Source of the DNA: a virus
Virus record (IMG/VR): IMGVR_UViG_3300045988_122638
Length of the DNA stretch: 57,749 nt
Reading direction: 5' to 3' (one strand)
Position numbers and translations under genes: made by a program. How positions within the stretch are numbered: the stretch's first letter is position 1; each line of letters starts with the position of its first letter. Shown piece by piece: positions 1-8,496 of this stretch. A model generated the notes under the pieces. It ran no database searches and had not been told where the DNA came from. It saw only the letters and a list, made by a program, of their open reading frames with translations.

Positions 1-55
1 TGCAAATATCTCTAATGCAGCTCCTATTATTACTAATGAAGTTGCTGAGCGTAAT
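1..55. repeat. Terminal direct repeat; nt 1-55 are identical to nt 57695-57749 (overlap of a circular assembly)
   Basis: The string tgcaaatatctctaatgcagctcctattattactaatgaagttgctgagcgtaat is read at both window ends. A long ORF stays in frame across the join. Confidence 0.95.
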
Positions 56-2505
56 AATTTAGTCGGTTTAATCTGTTTCATCAGAAATTGAAATCCGGCA
101 AACGCTAATAGCATTCCACTGATTCCCGATAAACCTTTTCCCAATTCAAGCCAACTATATTGTGATAACTCTCCACACACTGATGCCAATATTTTTAGAG
201 CAGTAGCCATTATTACCATCTGAGCAGCTCCGCTCTTTAACTTCTTTCCATATTTGCCCATTGCAATTGCCGCCGATACGACTATAGCCATAAGTCCTAA
301 TATACCGGTTAGTCCAATCGCTAATTGGTTCCATTCAAGATCCGATATTTTTTTCAAGGCGCTCGCCAAAATCAGTACCGAGGTAGACATAGCAATCATT
401 ACACCTACTGATTTTAATGCACCTTTGCTTTTACCTGCTATTTTTTCGAATATTGCCATTGCTCCCATTAATTCTCCAAATAGAACAGTTATGGCTACCA
501 ATGCAGATGTCAAGCGTTTAGGGTCGATCATGGACAATACTAATAAGGAAGCTGCCAGCACTCCTATGGCTATTGCAATCTTTTTCAAAGTATCTGCCTT
601 TACACTTTTTTGCAGACTCTCTAAAGAATCTTTTACAGTGCCAAATATGGATTTTATGTGATCTATTATACTGGTCGAATTGTCAAATGAGTCGGCAATA
701 CCGCTTATAAATTTCTTTATTTTCACAATAACAGTTGCTAATAAACCACCATTCACAATGTCTAAAAAAGATTTTATATCACCATTATGAAAAGCATCTT
801 TAAAAGCATTACCTATACCTTGAATAGTATTTGCAAGTGATGCTCTTACCCCAGATGTCATATTCCAAATATTTTTCAGAACATCGACGATATCTTTAAA
901 TCCGTGAATATCTATTTTATCACTTAAAACCGAAACAAATTCTTTGACTCGATCAATTGCTCCTCCTACAAAACCGATTACAGTATTGATTGCGTTCCCA
1001 AATATGTTAGTCTCTTTTATAGAATTATGTAACTTCGAAATCCATTCACCTACAGAACTCGATACGTTTAAAACGCTATCACCCAATCCTGTAAAATGAC
1101 TAAACAATTGTACTATTGCTGATACGACATTTTTTATTATTGTAACTCCTATACCCAGTATAGAAAAGACACCTTTAAATACTGACTTTAATTTATTGGC
1201 TTGCTCTTCGCTTATTTTGAATTTTTCAGATAAACTTTTTATCTTTTCTGTCACCTTAACAAGTTGCTCAACTGTAATTGGCGGAAACACATCTGTGAAA
1301 GCCTCTTTTACAGAGTTTAAAATTGTAACAAGTCCTTCGAAGACATTTTTTACTGAATCAATTATCATCGTACGTCCGCCGGAATCTTTCCAACCTTGCA
1401 AAAGATTATTTCTTGCATCTGCGGATTGTTGAATCATATTACCTAACTGATCAGACACTGAAGTCCAAAGTGATTTTGCTTCTTCAAAGTCACCAATTAA
1501 TATTTCCCATGTTTGCGTCCAACCTGATTGATTTGCTTCTTTTAAAGTGTCAATCAATTGAGTAAAAGTTTTTACCTTTGTTGCTGCATCATTAGCAGTT
1601 TGACCGAGTTTCATTATTTCTTGTGCCTGTTCCGCTGTATATCCCATAGATGTTAGCTGTTCTTCGGTCAAATCGCCAGTAAACTTAGATAGGGTTTCTG
1701 TCAATATTTCAGAAGATAACCACCCTTTTTGTAAGGTTTCTCTAAATGAGCCTTCATCTTTTATCATTTGATCTATGGCGATTCCATGTACACGAGCTGT
1801 TTCTTTTAAAGCATCCTGAAATACTTGTCCACCCATACCAGCATTAACAACTGAATTCCAGTCCTGCAATTTTACAGTTCCTGCAGCCAATGCCTGCGAC
1901 AACTGATACATTGCTGTACTTGCTTGCTGTGAAGTCGATCCTGATACCGCAGCCAAATTAGCAATACCTTTAATTGCGGCAACAGAAGTATCCAAATCAA
2001 CACCGGCAGCAGTAAAAGTACCTATATTACGTGTCATTTCCGTAAAGTTGTAAATAGTCATATCAGCATAATGGTTTAGTTCATCTAAAGCATTATTTAC
2101 CTGTTCAAGGGTTGTACCCTTTGACGACGTATTAGCTAAAATGGTCTGAACAGCATTGATTTGAGTTTCATACTCTTGAAATCCCGATTTGGCAGCACTA
2201 ATAAGTGAATTTGCAATACTCGTTCCCGCTTGCATTGCTGCATTCGTAAGATTTACTAATGCTGTTGTAGCCGCAACTTGCATCGCTGAAAATTTAACAC
2301 CGACAGTATCTGTTTCATTACCAATATGTGAAAAAGTTACTTTATTTGCTGCGGATGTTATGTTTTCCAAGCCCGTTGCCACATCTTTTAATTTTAATTT
2401 TTCTTTAAGCTTGTCTAATGTGGACATACTTGTGGCAACATTTCTCTCAAAATTACGATTATCAAACCTCATTTCTGCAACTCTGCTATCAATTAACGTA
2501 CTCAT
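1..2505 (-). CDS. Tail tape measure protein, N-terminal 835 codons. Absent from the ORF track because it runs off the window edge; continues at nt 57694.
   Basis: ATG at 2505 forms an ATGA overlap with the upstream stop and follows a GGAGGGAGG RBS. I checked every in-frame triplet down to nt 1 and found no stop. Translation starts MSTLIDSRVAEMRFDNRNFERNV and has Ala/Gly-rich hydrophobic segments typical of tape measures. Confidence 0.9.
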   Translation of the reverse strand, partial: MSTLIDSRVAEMRFDNRNFERNVATSMSTLDKLKEKLKLKDVATGLENITSAANKVTFSHIGNETDTVGVKFSAMQVAATTALVNLTNAAMQAGTSIANSLISAAKSGFQEYETQINAVQTILANTSSKGTTLEQVNNALDELNHYADMTIYNFTEMTRNIGTFTAAGVDLDTSVAAIKGIANLAAVSGSTSQQASTAMYQLSQALAAGTVKLQDWNSVVNAGMGGQVFQDALKETARVHGIAIDQMIKDEGSFRETLQKGWLSSEILTETLSKFTGDLTEEQLTSMGYTAEQAQEIMKLGQTANDAATKVKTFTQLIDTLKEANQSGWTQTWEILIGDFEEAKSLWTSVSDQLGNMIQQSADARNNLLQGWKDSGGRTMIIDSVKNVFEGLVTILNSVKEAFTDVFPPITVEQLVKVTEKIKSLSEKFKISEEQANKLKSVFKGVFSILGIGVTIIKNVVSAIVQLFSHFTGLGDSVLNVSSSVGEWISKLHNSIKETNIFGNAINTVIGFVGGAIDRVKEFVSVLSDKIDIHGFKDIVDVLKNIWNMTSGVRASLANTIQGIGNAFKDAFHNGDIKSFLDIVNGGLLATVIVKIKKFISGIADSFDNSTSIIDHIKSIFGTVKDSLESLQKSVKADTLKKIAIAIGVLAASLLVLSMIDPKRLTSALVAITVLFGELMGAMAIFEKIAGKSKGALKSVGVMIAMSTSVLILASALKKISDLEWNQLAIGLTGILGLMAIVVSAAIAMGKYGKKLKSGAAQMVIMATALKILASVCGELSQYSWLELGKGLSGISGMLLAFAGFQFLMKQIKPTKLLRSATSLVIIGAALEIFA

Positions 2506-2885
2506 GAAGTGATAACCTCCCTCCATAATTCCGAAGCCAGTTGTTCGAAAATTGGTTGAATGGCAGGGTTTATATAATCTCTCCCTTGTACATATCCGCC
2601 ATTACGAGTTCCATGACCATATTGCAATATAATAGCTATGGGTACTCCTTTATTTTCATTCGAATTATAAAACTCGATAGCAACCGATTCGCTGTTTTTT
2701 TTTACTTTATAAAACCACGAAGACGCAGTTTTACCAGAATTAATAGGGGTTGCTGATTTTAAAGCACTAACACCTTTTTGACCATATCGATTGAAAATAT
2801 CTATTTTAAACACATTTTTTAATTTTCCAAAGTATTTATCTACCTTAGCAAAATCGCCCTTATGCCTAAAGCTTATAATTGACAT
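2502..2885 (-). CDS. HK97 gp10-like head-tail/tail-completion protein
   Basis: 127 aa. Pattern SGKTASSW...YGHGTRNGGYVQGRDY resembles the gp10 family. Translationally coupled to the tape measure. Confidence 0.5.
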   Translation of the reverse strand: MSIISFRHKGDFAKVDKYFGKLKNVFKIDIFNRYGQKGVSALKSATPINSGKTASSWFYKVKKNSESVAIEFYNSNENKGVPIAIILQYGHGTRNGGYVQGRDYINPAIQPIFEQLASELWREVITS

Positions 2886-2892
2886 TTTTTAT

Positions 2893-3453
2893 TCACCCCT
2901 TTGAGTTGTATTTTTCTCGTCGTTTTGCATTTCTAACGGCATTTTCTTTCATAATTTCACTCTTACTCTTTTTTCTTGGTTTTCTGTTTTTTATTTCGAA
3001 TATTTTTATAAGTGTGAACAAACGATTGATATGCCATTTTTGACACTCCATTGGTACATTAAAGGTTATCATTATATAATAAATAAGTTCACTTGTTAAA
3101 AATTCTCCTGTTCGACTTGACGGTTGAGTGTCGTGTATAACTGTAGCAGTCATAGGTGATTCGATATAGTTTCGTATGTCTGTTAGATTTTTCGACGTTA
3201 AACGATTATATACATCATCGCTTACATTCTGTGTAATTGTCATGCATTTTATATAATCTAAAGTTTCCTCATATGTCTTTTCTTTTTTTGATAGAAAAGG
3301 CACTTGCCATTTAGATTCCCATTTTGAAAGGGACACTAAAGAATGCTCCAACATCAATTTTTGCTCTTTTTTAGACACAATAAATTCTTCATGTTCTTCA
3401 TCCCATCGTTCTTCAGCAGGTATAATTATTTGAAGCATTCTTCTTCCTCCCAT
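2893..3453 (-). CDS. Tail assembly chaperone-like protein (likely start ATG 3438)
   Basis: Lies between the major tail protein and the tape measure. GGGAGGAAG RBS precedes ATG 3438. Basic C-terminal tail. Confidence 0.5.
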   Translation of the reverse strand: MGGRRMLQIIIPAEERWDEEHEEFIVSKKEQKLMLEHSLVSLSKWESKWQVPFLSKKEKTYEETLDYIKCMTITQNVSDDVYNRLTSKNLTDIRNYIESPMTATVIHDTQPSSRTGEFLTSELIYYIMITFNVPMECQKWHINRLFTLIKIFEIKNRKPRKKSKSEIMKENAVRNAKRREKYNSKG

Positions 3454-3461
3454 TTATTTTC

Positions 3462-3884
3462 TTAATTATTGATATTGGTTCCGTCCATCAATGACTTTTG
3501 GTTAACCAGATTCGTTTTTTTACTGATTTCCGCCGGGACGATACCATTCATGAATTCGATAGCCTTATCGGTATCCGTAATGAATTCTATGAATAAATTT
3601 GAGTATGCTTCTGTTTGGCAAAATTCTTCGGTTATAGCCTCTGACTTGATAAATCTTTTTCCATCCGGGCTCTTTTGTCCGTATGATTTTCTGATAAAAT
3701 CATCAAATACTTTCATCATCGTCGGCACATCATTGGCTTGAACGATTCTGGTTATCATTTCTGAGAAGCCGCCTCTTGTGCCCAATTCCATTTTCATAAG
3801 TTCCGCTGTAGTAAGATTAAACCAAAAATCTTCGGTTCTGCTTACTCCGTTATAATCTGTATAAGTTATAGTTTTTTTAATCAT
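3462..3884 (-). CDS. Tail assembly chaperone
   Basis: 140 aa directly downstream of the major tail protein. Motif TYTDYNG...FWFNLTTAELMKMEL is typical of siphovirus chaperones. Confidence 0.6.
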   Translation of the reverse strand: MIKKTITYTDYNGVSRTEDFWFNLTTAELMKMELGTRGGFSEMITRIVQANDVPTMMKVFDDFIRKSYGQKSPDGKRFIKSEAITEEFCQTEAYSNLFIEFITDTDKAIEFMNGIVPAEISKKTNLVNQKSLMDGTNINN

Positions 3885-3900
3885 AATATTATTCTCCTTT

Positions 3901-3938
3901 CAAATAAAAAAATAAGGGACGGTTAATAGTCCGTCCCT
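3901..3938 (-). terminator. Rho-independent terminator after the major tail gene
   Basis: Minus strand: AGGGACGG-actattaa-CCGTCCCT followed by TATTTTTTTATTT. Confidence 0.75.
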
Positions 3939-3949
3939 TTAAATATGTT

Positions 3950-4657
3950 TTAGCCTACAATTGATGTATCAGTTGGTTTAAGAATTCCAATAATTTCTTC
4001 CGGCAATGGAAGTCTTGCTTCGGCATCAGCTGTACCGTAAAGAATATCTTCAATTGCTTTCATTATCTTTGGATCGGTCTTCGTGCTGTCAAATGTCATG
4101 ATTGCGGTTGGTTTAAATGGATTACCATCTTCATCCACTCCTGGAATATCTACTGGTGTAGTAGAAATTTCCCAACTCATAGTAATCGCTTCAGGTGAAT
4201 CATTGATTGTTGCATAGTTTTTCTCTGATGGTGTAGCCATACATCCATACACGATATGTAACTTGTATCCGTAATCGTTTCCATCTACGTCATTACCCAA
4301 AGTGGTAACATACGACAATCCAAACATCTTACGCTTTTGCTGACCGATTGTTACACCCGCAACTATTGACTTAGAACCATCGCACTCTGCAAATTCCTCA
4401 GGATACATATATGCCTCAAGTGTTGCCGCAAAATCCTCTGCAGACATAATATTCAAATACTTAATATCATCAGCGTATATAGGTGTTGCTTCTGCTCCCG
4501 ATGGGCTTTCTGTTACAGCGGTCAAACCGTTCCAAGGCACACCTTTTGGATATTGGGTAGCTCCTTGTTTGTCCTTTGACGCAGGATACAACACTCCCTT
4601 TTTTGTACCGGTTTCATATAGTCTTTCACCGATCTTATCCCATGTTAGTTTACTCAT
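3950..4657 (-). CDS. Major tail protein
   Basis: 235 aa. YETGTKKGVLYP...GVPWNGLTAVTESPSGAE...YADDIKY matches the common siphovirus major tail family. Followed by a terminator and the chaperone genes. Confidence 0.85.
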   Translation of the reverse strand: MSKLTWDKIGERLYETGTKKGVLYPASKDKQGATQYPKGVPWNGLTAVTESPSGAEATPIYADDIKYLNIMSAEDFAATLEAYMYPEEFAECDGSKSIVAGVTIGQQKRKMFGLSYVTTLGNDVDGNDYGYKLHIVYGCMATPSEKNYATINDSPEAITMSWEISTTPVDIPGVDEDGNPFKPTAIMTFDSTKTDPKIMKAIEDILYGTADAEARLPLPEEIIGILKPTDTSIVG

Positions 4658-4673
4658 TCAAGTAGTCCTCCTT

Positions 4674-4979
4674 TTAATAATAAATTTTAAATATATCATG
4701 ATTAAGGTTATCAGATACAAAATGTTGTTGCAATCTGCACAATGGTATATTAGCTAATTGCTTCGACACTTCGCTATCAGGATCCTTATCTATGACCGTT
4801 AATAAATATGCGTTATTCTGTTTATAAACGGCATCGTTTGCAAAACGATTTTTTATTTCGGTTCGTTCGTAAACTATAGCCGGATATTTCATTTTAACAG
4901 ATTCCGGTGGTTGGAAATATACATTTCTACTGCCTAAAATCTCGCATAAAAACTCATGCAATTCATATCTAGTTTTCAT
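4674..4979 (-). CDS. Head-tail joining / tail terminator-like protein
   Basis: 101 aa. Called from its position between the capsid and major tail genes. Confidence 0.4.
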   Translation of the reverse strand: MKTRYELHEFLCEILGSRNVYFQPPESVKMKYPAIVYERTEIKNRFANDAVYKQNNAYLLTVIDKDPDSEVSKQLANIPLCRLQQHFVSDNLNHDIFKIYY

Positions 4980-5286
4980 TATATATACCTCCCACCGTTA
5001 AATTTAGTCGAGGGTACCTAACCTCAACATTTGTGATTTTCCATTTAGTACCCTCAAACTCGATATACTTCATTAAATGAAAATTATCTTTAGCAAATGA
5101 ATCGGCTATAATGCTAAATTCATTAGCTATCGAAACATCATCGTTTACTTTATCCGATGTTTGAAATCTATAAGAATTTCTCAATAAATCCCCGTAATAT
5201 TCACGTTCCATTATTTGATCCATCCATACACCGGGCTTAGTTTCCTGCGTCATAGCATAACCGATTTTCCCAAAGAATTTTGTCAT
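4969..5286 (-). CDS. Head-tail joining protein
   Basis: 105 aa. Called from position downstream of the capsid gene; overlaps the next ORF. Confidence 0.4.
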   Translation of the reverse strand: MTKFFGKIGYAMTQETKPGVWMDQIMEREYYGDLLRNSYRFQTSDKVNDDVSIANEFSIIADSFAKDNFHLMKYIEFEGTKWKITNVEVRYPRLNLTVGGIYNEN

Positions 5287-5306
5287 TTTGAATTTCTCCT
5301 ATAATA

Positions 5307-7187
5307 TCAGCCGACTATGTTGCGAGAATCGGCTGTCACATCTTCTTCAATTGCAATAGCCGAATAAACTCTTGTAAGTGCTCCTGAGCATCTAGTTTCA
5401 AGAAGTGATTTTTCTTGATTGAATTCGATGTCAAACTGTGTAAAATGAGTGACTTCTCCGCCCTTTGTAGCACCCAAAGAATAATCTGCAAGATTTACAA
5501 TAATGCCAAGAATTTTCTTCTTCTTAGAATCTGTAGTTGTTCTTGTCTTGCCTTCAAACTGCTCGGCTGTATAGATATTACCAACATTAAGTGCTGAAGC
5601 AAGCTCTGCTTTTGATGAGTAGATTCTTCTACCATTCATATCGCGAGCAAGTAACATAACATTCAACATGTGTGGCGTCATAAAGAAATCAGGTGTACCA
5701 CTTCCTTTGTAGTTTTCTCTCGCATGAAGAACCGTATTAATAATTGCCTCTGCGTAGATATAGTTTTCTCCAAAACTTACACCCGTTCCAGTACCCTGAA
5801 GTTCCTTCTTAGCTTTATCAATATCAAGATCTACGTGAATTGTATATAGATCGTCATCTGTCCAAATCGGTCTGATTTTGTCTGGTGCAATCTTATCCTC
5901 AGCACCTTCGTCACGACCGTCTCCGAGCATCATTGCCGTAGCAAGTTCTTCGTTAAGCATTATTCTATCAATATTATATAGATATTTCACATAATCGAAA
6001 TCTGTAATATCGATGATATCATCTCGGTGAAGAGCATTCTTTACATATACAGTCTGTGGATCAGTTGTTCTTCTTACAAGTTTGAAGTTTCCTGCAAGAC
6101 TCTTCTCTTTACCCTTCTTATAGCCCTTTGCTCTTAAATCATTAATATTTCTTATATCGACTTGGCTGGTTCTTATTCTTGAGATAGGGCTCTTATGTAC
6201 CTTACTCATAACAACCGAGATCCAATCCTGATCGTTTGTGATGATTTCCGGCGCACCAGGACGAACTTCTTGATATTCAGGGAATAACATGGTTACATTA
6301 CCTGTTCCGTTTTGAGTGAATCCACCACTCAAAGCGTCATGTTGCAACCCATTGCTATCGGCATAAATTTCTAGTGCCGTTTGTAGACTGCCGACTTGAC
6401 TTGATTTAGCCAACTTAATAATGTCCTCTTGGACGCTATGCGATAGATAATCCTGTTTTCTTTCATCGTTATCAAATACGTTATGCTTCATATTTCCGTC
6501 TCCTTTTTTATCGTCATCGTCGTTTTCGTTTTTATTCGCGTCTTCCAACGCCATTCCAATAAGTGCATACACAACTTCTTGTTGTTCTTCTGTTAATTCA
6601 TTAAAAACTTCTTGAATATTTTTTTCTTTTTTTCTTTTTTTTTCTTTTTTCTCGTTATCATCTCCATTTTCTTTTTGTTGGTCTAATTCTTCCTTGTTCA
6701 TTTTGTTTCCCCCGCTTTCTTTTTCGCTTGAATGATAGATCACAAGTGCATTTTCGTCATAGTTTGCCCATAATCCATCGTCCTCATCTTCACCATGAGC
6801 CATAACGAAGTCGATATACGCCCCTGGATTAGATCCCGCCAGCACGAGACTTAGTTCTTTTATAGAACCATGTATCACGTCGCCACCGACTTGCTTCAGT
6901 TTATTAGCATAAATTGATAACGACCTTACATCGCCGTTATGTACTAGTTGTTTTGCATGCTCGCCTTCCTCTGTATCATTAAATGTACAATAGGCGTATA
7001 CACCATCTTTGCGATTCTCTAATAAAGCATGTCCTAAAACCGCCTGTGAATCTTTATGGTTATGGTTCCAAATCAAAGGAACCGTTGCTCCGTCGTTATC
7101 TTTGAACGCATCTTTTCGGATGGTTCTACCATCTTCGCATAATAAATCATTTCTAGTGGCATAACCACTAAAATCATAATTATTCAT
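5307..7187 (-). CDS. Prohead protease / scaffold-like linker / HK97-fold major capsid protein fusion
   Basis: N-terminus (PLIWNHNHKD...ELSLVLAGSNPGAYI) looks like an HK97-type (S78/U35) prohead protease. A charged low-complexity linker follows (KKEKKRKKEK, DDDDKKGD). The C-terminal ~400 aa are capsid-like. No separate protease or capsid gene exists elsewhere. Confidence 0.7.
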   Translation of the reverse strand: MNNYDFSGYATRNDLLCEDGRTIRKDAFKDNDGATVPLIWNHNHKDSQAVLGHALLENRKDGVYAYCTFNDTEEGEHAKQLVHNGDVRSLSIYANKLKQVGGDVIHGSIKELSLVLAGSNPGAYIDFVMAHGEDEDDGLWANYDENALVIYHSSEKESGGNKMNKEELDQQKENGDDNEKKEKKRKKEKNIQEVFNELTEEQQEVVYALIGMALEDANKNENDDDDKKGDGNMKHNVFDNDERKQDYLSHSVQEDIIKLAKSSQVGSLQTALEIYADSNGLQHDALSGGFTQNGTGNVTMLFPEYQEVRPGAPEIITNDQDWISVVMSKVHKSPISRIRTSQVDIRNINDLRAKGYKKGKEKSLAGNFKLVRRTTDPQTVYVKNALHRDDIIDITDFDYVKYLYNIDRIMLNEELATAMMLGDGRDEGAEDKIAPDKIRPIWTDDDLYTIHVDLDIDKAKKELQGTGTGVSFGENYIYAEAIINTVLHARENYKGSGTPDFFMTPHMLNVMLLARDMNGRRIYSSKAELASALNVGNIYTAEQFEGKTRTTTDSKKKKILGIIVNLADYSLGATKGGEVTHFTQFDIEFNQEKSLLETRCSGALTRVYSAIAIEEDVTADSRNIVG

Positions 7188-8424
7188 TTTGATTTTCTCC
7201 TTCCTTTTCTTGTTGTACTAATGGCTTATTTTCATTAAGCATTTCTGGCGATTGGTTGATGTTACTATTGATTAGCATATCTGCTTTCGGATCGTCAGAA
7301 GGTTTCATACCTATAATTTGTCGCATTTCATTCGAAGTCAATATTTCATTTCGAGTAAGCTTATCTGCAATTTCTGCCAAATCAGATACCGGTACAAGCT
7401 TAAATGGATCCCTATAATAACGTATGGATTGTCCTTGTGTTCTTGCTGTTTTTGTAAGAAATTTTCGTTTCATTTCATCCGCAACAGCAGCAACCATAGG
7501 TTCTATAGTGCGAGAATAATAATTCAACATAGTCTTATCATCAGCAGTACCATCCATGATAGTTTGAGTTATTCCTAACTGGCTATATAGCATACTCGTC
7601 AAATACTCAATCTGTTTCATTAGATTATTTTCCACCGAACGATTTAACTGTGTTATTTTTTCTGTGCCATCTGTATAAGCAATACCATATTTAGAACCTG
7701 ATAATTGTTCTTCTATGTCTTTACGACGTTCCTCAGCTTGTTTTTTTCGTGCTTCGGTTTTTATTACATACGGCAATTGGATTATTAAGTCTAATTTTCC
7801 AGAACTGGCTTGTTCGTCTACTCCGTCTAATAAAGACAATTTCCTTATCAAGCGTTGCATTGTCGAATTAGGCTCATTTATAACTGCGTATAAAGGATTC
7901 TCCACGATGCCTATATTTTTTTTAGCTAACCATATATCCTCTTTCCTTCCGGATATTTCGTTATACAATCTAACTTTTACTGAATCAGTTCTCCAATCAA
8001 TTATTTGTCCGGTACGCATTGATAAAATATCATATGAATTACTAATATTCGGATCAAGCGTAGTATCTACCGGAACAATAGCAACACATCCTTCGTCCAA
8101 CAATGATGAGTATATATCCTGCATGAATGCTCTGGCTGTTTGATCAATATTGGCTTCTAGTGTCAAACAGTTATTAAGACTGGAATCCATCATTTCTGTA
8201 TAACGATCATTCGCGTCTAACCGAACATGTTTTATATCTATAGATGCCGCATCCATAGATATTCGGTTATATATCGATGTCGCTATGGAACGTTCGTTGC
8301 GTCCTGAGAATCTAGCTCTATCCGGTCGATACGAATATGTATTTATTTGAGGTTTATATACCACAGTTGGATCTTTGTTCATAAAAGCGTTCCAGCCATG
8401 CTGGAGTCTACTAAATATATTCAC
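7180..8424 (-). CDS. Portal protein
   Basis: 414 aa, located between terminase large subunit and the protease-capsid gene. Acidic C-terminus. Confidence 0.75.
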   Translation of the reverse strand: MNIFSRLQHGWNAFMNKDPTVVYKPQINTYSYRPDRARFSGRNERSIATSIYNRISMDAASIDIKHVRLDANDRYTEMMDSSLNNCLTLEANIDQTARAFMQDIYSSLLDEGCVAIVPVDTTLDPNISNSYDILSMRTGQIIDWRTDSVKVRLYNEISGRKEDIWLAKKNIGIVENPLYAVINEPNSTMQRLIRKLSLLDGVDEQASSGKLDLIIQLPYVIKTEARKKQAEERRKDIEEQLSGSKYGIAYTDGTEKITQLNRSVENNLMKQIEYLTSMLYSQLGITQTIMDGTADDKTMLNYYSRTIEPMVAAVADEMKRKFLTKTARTQGQSIRYYRDPFKLVPVSDLAEIADKLTRNEILTSNEMRQIIGMKPSDDPKADMLINSNINQSPEMLNENKPLVQQEKEGENQNE

Positions 8425-8451
8425 TCTAAATTCCTCCCTTTATTTTTAAAT

Positions 8452-8475
8452 AAAAAAAAAGCTGCTATTAGCAGC
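8452..8475 (-). terminator. Hairpin plus T9 between terminase and portal genes
   Basis: Minus strand: GCTGCT-aat-AGCAGC followed by TTTTTTTTT. Confidence 0.55.
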
Positions 8476-8496
8476 ACTTAATAAGCGAGTAAAATA

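Noticed and set aside
254-2512. Plus-strand track ORFs 254..661, 1196..1432 and 2189..2512, and most other plus-strand ORFs in the track (for example 7715..8143, 33410..33832, 38355..38726, 53820..54218).
   Set aside because: They lie antisense to long, well-supported minus-strand genes. They lack RBSs and have low-complexity 'shadow' compositions. In 1..2505 the real gene is the minus-strand tape measure ORF that the track could not close.
2893-3884. Programmed -1 frameshift (G/GT-type) between the two tail chaperone ORFs.
   Set aside because: The downstream ORF has its own strong RBS (GGGAGGAAG) and an ATG at 3438. It does not overlap the upstream ORF, and I saw no slippery heptamer at the junction.
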